A stretch of 64,000 bases of DNA, taken from the sequence record MK327941.1. One strand, given 5' to 3'. Source of the DNA: Escherichia phage vB_EcoM_G37-3. Position numbers and translations under genes: made by a program. The notes below the pieces were generated by a model, which was not told the DNA's origin, did not search any database, and was given only the letters and a program-made list of their open reading frames with translations. Each line of letters opens with the position of its first letter. The first letter of the stretch is position 1. Below, in pieces: positions 59,002 to 64,000 of this stretch.

Positions 59002-59181
59002 TTAGAAAGGGATGGTCATTTCTTGAGCTTGTACATTCTCGTTAGGATTAAACTTCATCCAACCGATATTGTCTACCAGCATATGTACATTTTTATCATA
59101 TCCTACGTGAGTAGTCAACACTAAATGTGCTTTACCTTCAACGATGATTTCCATGTACTTCTGAACTTCGATAGCTTTCAT
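59002..59181 (-). CDS. hypothetical small protein (59 aa)
   Basis: GGAGAATC SD before ATG 59181; MKAIEVQKYMEIIVEGKAHLVL...; below track cutoff. Confidence 0.45.
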   Translation of the reverse strand: MKAIEVQKYMEIIVEGKAHLVLTTHVGYDKNVHMLVDNIGWMKFNPNENVQAQEMTIPF

Positions 59182-59213
59182 TTTGATTCTCCGTTTGTTG
59201 TCTTGATGGGAGT

Positions 59214-59242
59214 ATCTTACTACTCCCTTTAATCATTGTCAA
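59214..59242 (-). promoter_or_regulatory. PeSL-like early promoter cassette (TTGACA, gggagta..tactccc spacer, TAAGAT)
   Basis: Read in sequence. Confidence 0.5.
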
Positions 59243-59245
59243 CGA

Positions 59246-59413
59246 TTATTTGTTAATTTCCGGTGCGTTGCTTGGATAGTAGCCTTCTTTAACACCCAGA
59301 TATTTTGCAACCATTCCGGTGATCTTCTGTGCTACTACGATATCGAATTTCAGGTAGTCTTCACCGTGGTTTGCTACAATGTATGCTTCGCATTCTGCTT
59401 TAGTCTGGAACAT
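59246..59413 (-). CDS. hypothetical small protein (55 aa), copy 2 of duplicated gene
   Basis: MFQTKAECEAYIVANHGEDYLKFDIVVAQKITGMVAKYLGVKEGYYPSNAPEINK. Confidence 0.55.
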   Translation of the reverse strand: MFQTKAECEAYIVANHGEDYLKFDIVVAQKITGMVAKYLGVKEGYYPSNAPEINK

Positions 59414-59447
59414 TTTTGATTCTCCTATATCTCGTTGGTATGTGTGT

Positions 59448-59476
59448 AGTATAGGGGATCACCGATCCCCTGTCAA
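59448..59476 (-). promoter_or_regulatory. PeSL-like early promoter cassette (TTGACA, ggggatc..gatcccc spacer, TATACT)
   Basis: Read in sequence. Confidence 0.55.
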
Positions 59477-59484
59477 CAACTTTT

Positions 59485-59775
59485 TTATTCTTTATACGCA
59501 TATTTCATAAATTTGTCTGCTACTTCATCGGCATGTTCCGATTCTACGCCGGATTCGAGAACAATAGCAAGGTCGGTTTCGTCGTGACCTTCGTACCAGT
59601 GATTATGTGTGTCGTTTGAATCAATATAGAATTTATCACCTTCGTAAGTTCGAGCAAATACATCTAAATTCTCGTCGATGTAAAAGATCCAATCTTCATA
59701 AAGAATAACCGTATTAGCAAGGTTCTTATTACCTTCAACGAAAGGTTCGGCTACAAACAAATCAGTACGTTCCAT
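59485..59775 (-). CDS. hypothetical protein, paralogue family A
   Basis: 96 aa; WIFYIDENLDV..THNHWYEGHDE. Confidence 0.55.
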   Translation of the reverse strand: MERTDLFVAEPFVEGNKNLANTVILYEDWIFYIDENLDVFARTYEGDKFYIDSNDTHNHWYEGHDETDLAIVLESGVESEHADEVADKFMKYAYKE

Positions 59776-59790
59776 AGTATTTTCCTCAAA

Positions 59791-59952
59791 TTAAGAAAAA
59801 GCGTTGAAAACACCCGCCAACACAACTACGTTAGCGATAAGGCTTAAAAAGCATTTCTTGATACTTTCAGTGCAGATACCAATACTGGCAGGAATTACAC
59901 CGATCACGATAGCATAAAGAATAACTGCGATTTCTTGAAATACACCGTTCAT
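59791..59952 (-). CDS. hypothetical small membrane protein (53 aa)
   Basis: GAGGATAAT SD before ATG 59952; hydrophobic MNGVFQEIAVILYAIVIGVIPASIGI... Confidence 0.4.
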   Translation of the reverse strand: MNGVFQEIAVILYAIVIGVIPASIGICTESIKKCFLSLIANVVVLAGVFNAFS

Positions 59953-60000
59953 AATATTATCCTCAATTTGTGGGAGAGTATTACCCTCCCGATTATTGTT

Positions 60001-60029
60001 ATACTACATTACGCAAAATGGCGTGTCAA
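60001..60029 (-). promoter_or_regulatory. early promoter TTGACA-N17-TAGTAT overlapping the 3' end of the upstream ORF
   Basis: Read in sequence; followed by hairpin gggag..ctccc in leader. Confidence 0.45.
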
Positions 60030-60311
60030 TACTTCTTTTGCTGTTCCGCTAAGATTCTCGATCTCTCCTGGCATAACATCAACCGCCAGAACTTCTACAA
60101 CATCCTCTGATCCTAACCAGTGAGTATGACCTTTGTAGAACTTGATATCCCATTTATCGCTATCGCTAGCCCACCACACATCACCGTCTATAAAGTTGAT
60201 GTAAAGCACACTACGACACATTGAATTAGTTACTTTCAATACTGCGCCTTTCATCTCTTCCACGGTATGGTCTTCCATTTTGAAGACCTCGCCTACCTTA
60301 ACTTTTGCCAT
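60009..60311 (-). CDS. hypothetical protein, paralogue family A
   Basis: Start at ATG 60311 (MAKVKVGEVF..); YINFIDGDVWW..GHTHW..VLAVDV. Confidence 0.5.
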   Translation of the reverse strand: MAKVKVGEVFKMEDHTVEEMKGAVLKVTNSMCRSVLYINFIDGDVWWASDSDKWDIKFYKGHTHWLGSEDVVEVLAVDVMPGEIENLSGTAKEVLTRHFA

Positions 60312-60312
60312 G

Positions 60313-60579
60313 TTACATGCTCCGAATATGTTTAGATGCATCTTCCAGTTCGTCGATAGTGACACTGTGAGCCAGTAAGTGTACTGGTTGTGGTTCTTCA
60401 CCTTCCATAGTATTGATCAGATGACCGTTTCCTGGGTGGAATGTATCGTTGCCGTTCCAAATAGCATACACATCATCTTCTGTTACGTAGATAATAAGTC
60501 CAATCGGTGATTCTGGTAATTGAAAAATTTTACCCACTGCATCTTTGCGATTGTTTACGATATCTTTTACTGTCTTCAT
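60313..60579 (-). CDS. hypothetical protein, distant family A member
   Basis: 88 aa ORF track; LIIYVTEDDVYAIW. Confidence 0.5.
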   Translation of the reverse strand: MKTVKDIVNNRKDAVGKIFQLPESPIGLIIYVTEDDVYAIWNGNDTFHPGNGHLINTMEGEEPQPVHLLAHSVTIDELEDASKHIRSM

Positions 60580-60598
60580 TTAGTTACCTCTCGTTAAA

Positions 60599-60778
60599 TT
60601 ACATCACAATCACGCCAGCCGTTGAAAGTTGATGTTTCAACTGAGCATTTTCTGCTACTGTCAAATCAATGATTTCTTGTGACGCTGCAATCATATAGCC
60701 ATTGGTGATATTGTTTTGCATCAGTTCAATGGTTTCTTCGTTGTAGCGGATTTTAGCGATGATTTCGTTGAAGTTCAT
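60599..60778 (-). CDS. hypothetical small protein (59 aa)
   Basis: GGAGAATCAAAC leader-SD before ATG 60778; MNFNEIIAKIRYNEETIELMQ...; below track cutoff. Confidence 0.45.
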   Translation of the reverse strand: MNFNEIIAKIRYNEETIELMQNNITNGYMIAASQEIIDLTVAENAQLKHQLSTAGVIVM

Positions 60779-60812
60779 GTTTGATTCTCCTAGTTCGTTT
60801 CGGTATGTGTGT

Positions 60813-60842
60813 ATTATAGGGGAGTTTAACCTCCCTTGTCAA
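60813..60842 (-). promoter_or_regulatory. PeSL-like early promoter cassette (TTGACA, ggggag..ctccc spacer, TATAAT)
   Basis: Read in sequence. Confidence 0.55.
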
Positions 60843-60850
60843 CAACTTTT

Positions 60851-61162
60851 TTAAAGTTTTTCCATGATAACGGTCATAATTACATCTTCTGCGCGGGCGG
60901 TCAGATTATCAGCGTCAGCATGTGGGCGGTTGGTTGTTACAGAGATAACACCGTTGCGCACTGGTTTGATATTGATATCAAGATGATCCGCGAAACGTTC
61001 GCCAGTTACAGAATGAATTTTGGTGTTAAATTCTTTTGCCAGTGCCTTGCGAACTTCACGAATCAGGATAGCGTTTTTCAGTTGGTTCTCCGCGCTCATG
61101 GTCTTCTGGGTGTTCATGGTTCCGTCGAAGTCAATCATTGGCAGCGTTACGATGTATTTCAT
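60851..61162 (-). CDS. hypothetical protein, paralogue family B
   Basis: 103 aa ORF track. Confidence 0.55.
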   Translation of the reverse strand: MKYIVTLPMIDFDGTMNTQKTMSAENQLKNAILIREVRKALAKEFNTKIHSVTGERFADHLDINIKPVRNGVISVTTNRPHADADNLTARAEDVIMTVIMEKL

Positions 61163-61207
61163 TTTTGATTCTCCGTTTAAGAAAGTGTGTTTCGTTTTGA
61201 TGTGTGT

Positions 61208-61236
61208 AGTATAGGGGATACGTGATCCCCTGTCAA
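61208..61236 (-). promoter_or_regulatory. PeSL-like early promoter cassette (TTGACA, ggggata..gatcccc spacer, TATACT)
   Basis: Read in sequence. Confidence 0.55.
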
Positions 61237-61249
61237 CAACTTTTTTGAA

Positions 61250-61594
61250 TTATTTTTTCATGAGCTTAATGGCTTCTTCCATAGCCAGCACATTTCGATA
61301 GTTAGGGTATCGTGTTAGATCGTCATACATTCGCTTAAGGGTGGAAACTTCCTCAAACTCTGGGTTTTCTAGATACAGTTGAACAAATTGTTTCTCTACC
61401 ATCTCGGCTTTTAGCTTGTCTGCTTGTTCCTGTTCATATGATTTCGTTGGACCCAACACCAACAAAATGATAAAGGTGATCAACGGGCTAATGATCAATG
61501 ATAGGATAACATAACCGATAACGCTACGGTTTAAACGGCTTGCGTACATGCCTACCAGGAAAACAAAAAGGATATAGATAAACAGAAAGAACAT
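61250..61594 (-). CDS. hypothetical membrane protein (two predicted TM helices)
   Basis: 114 aa; hydrophobic N-terminal half; AAGGAG SD. Confidence 0.55.
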   Translation of the reverse strand: MFFLFIYILFVFLVGMYASRLNRSVIGYVILSLIISPLITFIILLVLGPTKSYEQEQADKLKAEMVEKQFVQLYLENPEFEEVSTLKRMYDDLTRYPNYRNVLAMEEAIKLMKK

Positions 61595-61601
61595 ATAATG
61601 G

Positions 61602-62075
61602 TTACTCCTTATTTTCGCGCTCGTACTTTTCGAAATAAAATTCTACTGGCTGGTCATGAATTGACAGCAAGCCAAAGCGTTTAGCCGCTCGCAATCCCAT
61701 ATTGCGCTGAATGTACTTCTGGAAGTTCTCGCGTATACACTTACGCCAGTATTCTAAGCCCATACAGCTTTTATAAAGATTGCATTGCACACACGCCGGA
61801 TTCATGTTATCAAGTATATCATGTTCCGGTTTATGCATTCCTACAACCTTATACTTCCACGATCCATCATCATTACGGGCAATTCGTCCATTTTCATCAT
61901 AGACTACCTTTGAGCGTCGCAATACTGGTTTGATGTGGTCTGCGTGCCAGCGATCCCCTAGTTCCTCGCCACAATAGGCACAACGTCCACCATATTTCAT
62001 TTTCAGGATCTGGCGTTGCTCTTTCTTTGACAATTTTTTAGGTTTAGGGGCTTTCGCCCCTTCATTATCACACAT
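61602..62075 (-). CDS. HNH endonuclease-domain protein
   Basis: 157 aa; CAYCGEELGDRWHADHIKP ... NMNPACVQCN zinc-HNH motif; start overlaps DNA ligase stop by 8 nt. Confidence 0.65.
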   Translation of the reverse strand: MCDNEGAKAPKPKKLSKKEQRQILKMKYGGRCAYCGEELGDRWHADHIKPVLRRSKVVYDENGRIARNDDGSWKYKVVGMHKPEHDILDNMNPACVQCNLYKSCMGLEYWRKCIRENFQKYIQRNMGLRAAKRFGLLSIHDQPVEFYFEKYERENKE

Positions 62076-63570
62076 CGAATACCTCTTTTACTGTATTTGC
62101 AGTGGTCTTGTCGTAGCGAATACGTTTGATGATCGGGAGAAATAAAGAGAACTCCGGTTCATCTTCTTTACGTGATTTGCTGCGGATATACCCGTTGCAT
62201 GTCATCTCAATGACTTTTCCAATCAGGTTATGACGGTCAGCCCATAACATTTCTCGGTCGAGTTCATTTCGACGATCGAACGGAATTACACGTTCAATAC
62301 CATCATCACCTTTTTCGGTTGTAGTGTCGGTTAATCCCGATCCGGTGTTAGTCATCATTCGTCCGCACGCACTACGGACAGTAAAACCGCCTACCTTATT
62401 GGGGTCTTTACTATGCGGATATACATCAACAATTTCCGCGTCGAAGTCAATCACTTCTTTAAATTTAACCTGATCTTTACTACGGCGATCTTCAAATACA
62501 CCATGTAAATTTTTAAGGATAATACCTTCTAAGCCCATGTTTACATAGCGATGATATACTTCGCGAGCTTCATCTATATTGTTAACTACAGTGTTTTCGA
62601 TTATCTGAACACGAGGATCGTTAAGTTCTTCAACAATCTGTTTTAGTTCTTCGAATCGATCTTTATATTGCTTCGTTGCTTTCTCGTTTCCGTAATACAC
62701 ATCACGGTCGATAACATCCCAGACAGTATAAACAATACATTGGGCTTCTTCTTTTGGAATAGTTCCTTTAAGTGATTTGTTGAGGATACCATTTCCGGTC
62801 TGACGGTCTGCAACAACGGATTCTTTTACTGCTTCCGCTACTGGCGTTAATGGCATTTCCTCTTCTTCAAATATCCATGACAGAGTACCATCATAAACGC
62901 TTTCAACGAAGTTCTGCGCTGGTGTTTGCGAAAGGGTAGGCATATATACCAATTCGCCATCTAGAACAATTCCACGGCCTCGTAGACGCTCTAAAACCGC
63001 AAACAAATCATCAAGTCCCTGATAGGTATTACCTGAACGGGTATAGATTGCTAATGTTTCCCCGTCAATATCAGCCATACCACGAGCACCATCGCTTTTA
63101 AGTTGTGCATACGCCGGATACTTGATATTAGCAATAGCCTTATCAGAATATGACGATGCAAGGTGACACGGTTGCTGGGGGATCAGTTTCTTCCATACCT
63201 TGTTTGCAGTGGTAGCGGAACAACCACATTCCAGATCACGATTCAGGACCATCATTGCAACTTTAGCATCATCTTCTGACAAGCAAGTCAGAGTATCGGT
63301 AACTAGCTGTAATGCTGCGTTACCAGTTACTTGACGCGTGGCAAGTTTATTTTTAAAGACCTGTAATGCACCGGATAAAGACAATACAGACGAATAACGC
63401 GATGGTTTATCGTATTTCTTTACGCCAAACGTAACCTGTTTGCAATATGCCAGATAAAAGCATTCTTTCAGTGTTTCATTGCTTGCAGATTCTTTCAGGA
63501 TCTTTTCTTTCAGCGATGTTTTGTCTGTTGCTGCAAGCTGGTTAATGATATTAAGAATTGACATTTTCAC
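62068..63570 (-). CDS. 30: ATP-dependent DNA ligase gp30
   Basis: 500 aa; QLKSDGARGMADI (adenylation Lys motif), NKSLKGTIPKEEAQC, EGIILKNL resemble T4 DNA ligase. Confidence 0.9.
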   Translation of the reverse strand: MKMSILNIINQLAATDKTSLKEKILKESASNETLKECFYLAYCKQVTFGVKKYDKPSRYSSVLSLSGALQVFKNKLATRQVTGNAALQLVTDTLTCLSEDDAKVAMMVLNRDLECGCSATTANKVWKKLIPQQPCHLASSYSDKAIANIKYPAYAQLKSDGARGMADIDGETLAIYTRSGNTYQGLDDLFAVLERLRGRGIVLDGELVYMPTLSQTPAQNFVESVYDGTLSWIFEEEEMPLTPVAEAVKESVVADRQTGNGILNKSLKGTIPKEEAQCIVYTVWDVIDRDVYYGNEKATKQYKDRFEELKQIVEELNDPRVQIIENTVVNNIDEAREVYHRYVNMGLEGIILKNLHGVFEDRRSKDQVKFKEVIDFDAEIVDVYPHSKDPNKVGGFTVRSACGRMMTNTGSGLTDTTTEKGDDGIERVIPFDRRNELDREMLWADRHNLIGKVIEMTCNGYIRSKSRKEDEPEFSLFLPIIKRIRYDKTTANTVKEVFDV

Positions 63571-64000
63571 CTCGTTTTGTTAAACGTTCACGAATATCAT
63601 TGAGGATACTACAAAATTCCGATTCAGTCAATATAGTCTTTAACGGATCAGTTCCACCTATGCTATGACGTAATTTCTTATTTCCTGTAGCGAGTAATGC
63701 TTTACAAAATTCTGGGTTATTCCGTGCCATCGTAACAAATGCCAGATGTACCAGTCTGTAATAATGCTCACTCATTCGATGAATCGGGCGACCCTGAAAA
63801 TATAACATGTGATTCTCAATCTTTTCAGTTCTTCCGGTTCTTTTTGCTTTGCCACCGTGCATCAAAAAGATTTCTCTTTGTCTCTGAGGGTTCTTAAATC
63901 TTAGCCCCTGTAAAAATCCTTCTGTGCTGTTAATATCGCAACCAAATAGACGGAATGGTCTTTTATTGAAATTACTCAATTCACCAGATGGATAAGGTCC
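63551..64000 (-). CDS. NADAR (YbiA-like) domain protein, 3' part only (gene starts beyond window end)
   Basis: Reading frame open through position 64000 (track start 63979 is TTG); C-terminal NPEFCKALLATGNKKLRHSIGGTDP matches NADAR family hallmarks. Confidence 0.45.
   Translation of the reverse strand, partial: GPYPSGELSNFNKRPFRLFGCDINSTEGFLQGLRFKNPQRQREIFLMHGGKAKRTGRTEKIENHMLYFQGRPIHRMSEHYYRLVHLAFVTMARNNPEFCKALLATGNKKLRHSIGGTDPLKTILTESEFCSILNDIRERLTKRGENVNS

Noticed and set aside
53776-61250. Repeated ~70-bp elements considered as a CRISPR array
   Set aside because: Units contain -35/-10 promoter hexamers and a conserved leader-SD, are separated by 170-400-bp ORFs rather than short spacers, and there are no cas genes.

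Overview
This window is a contiguous stretch of a T4-type (Tevenvirinae-like) myovirus genome, colinear with the T4 late-gene block. Reverse-strand genes 2 and 4 are followed by a forward block 53-5-5.4-6-7-8-9-10-11-12-wac-13-14-15-16-17-18-19-20-67-68-21-22-23-24 (baseplate, short tail fibre, fibritin, neck, terminase, sheath, tube, portal, prohead core, protease, scaffold, capsid). Then come a reverse block (DprA-like, hoc, inh-like), uvsW/uvsW.1 (forward), uvsY-25-26 (reverse), 51-27-28-29-48-54 (forward), and a reverse-strand early region running from DNA ligase (30) to alt. Late promoters (TATAAATA) and rho-independent terminators sit where expected. Accessory content: (1) an early-promoter cassette of two small ORFs plus a gamma-class amino-methyltransferase between genes 8 and 9; (2) a coupled early operon with a compact C5-MTase-like protein, a Zn-ribbon protein and a DUF262-like protein; (3) an array of eleven ~70-bp promoter/stem-loop cassettes (PeSL-like) interleaved with small ORFs, several in paralogous families; (4) three putative homing endonucleases (HNH-AP2, Seg-like, HNH next to ligase) and a truncated Cys-rich ORF at the window start; (5) a second ADP-ribosyltransferase beside alt. 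Genes 6, hoc and uvsW are interrupted by frameshifts, and uvsW also contains a perfect 186/188-bp tandem duplication. All calls rest on reading the sequence and ORF track plus recalled T4 proteins; no database search was run. Coordinates of elements not in the ORF track were derived by hand and may be off by 1-2 nt.
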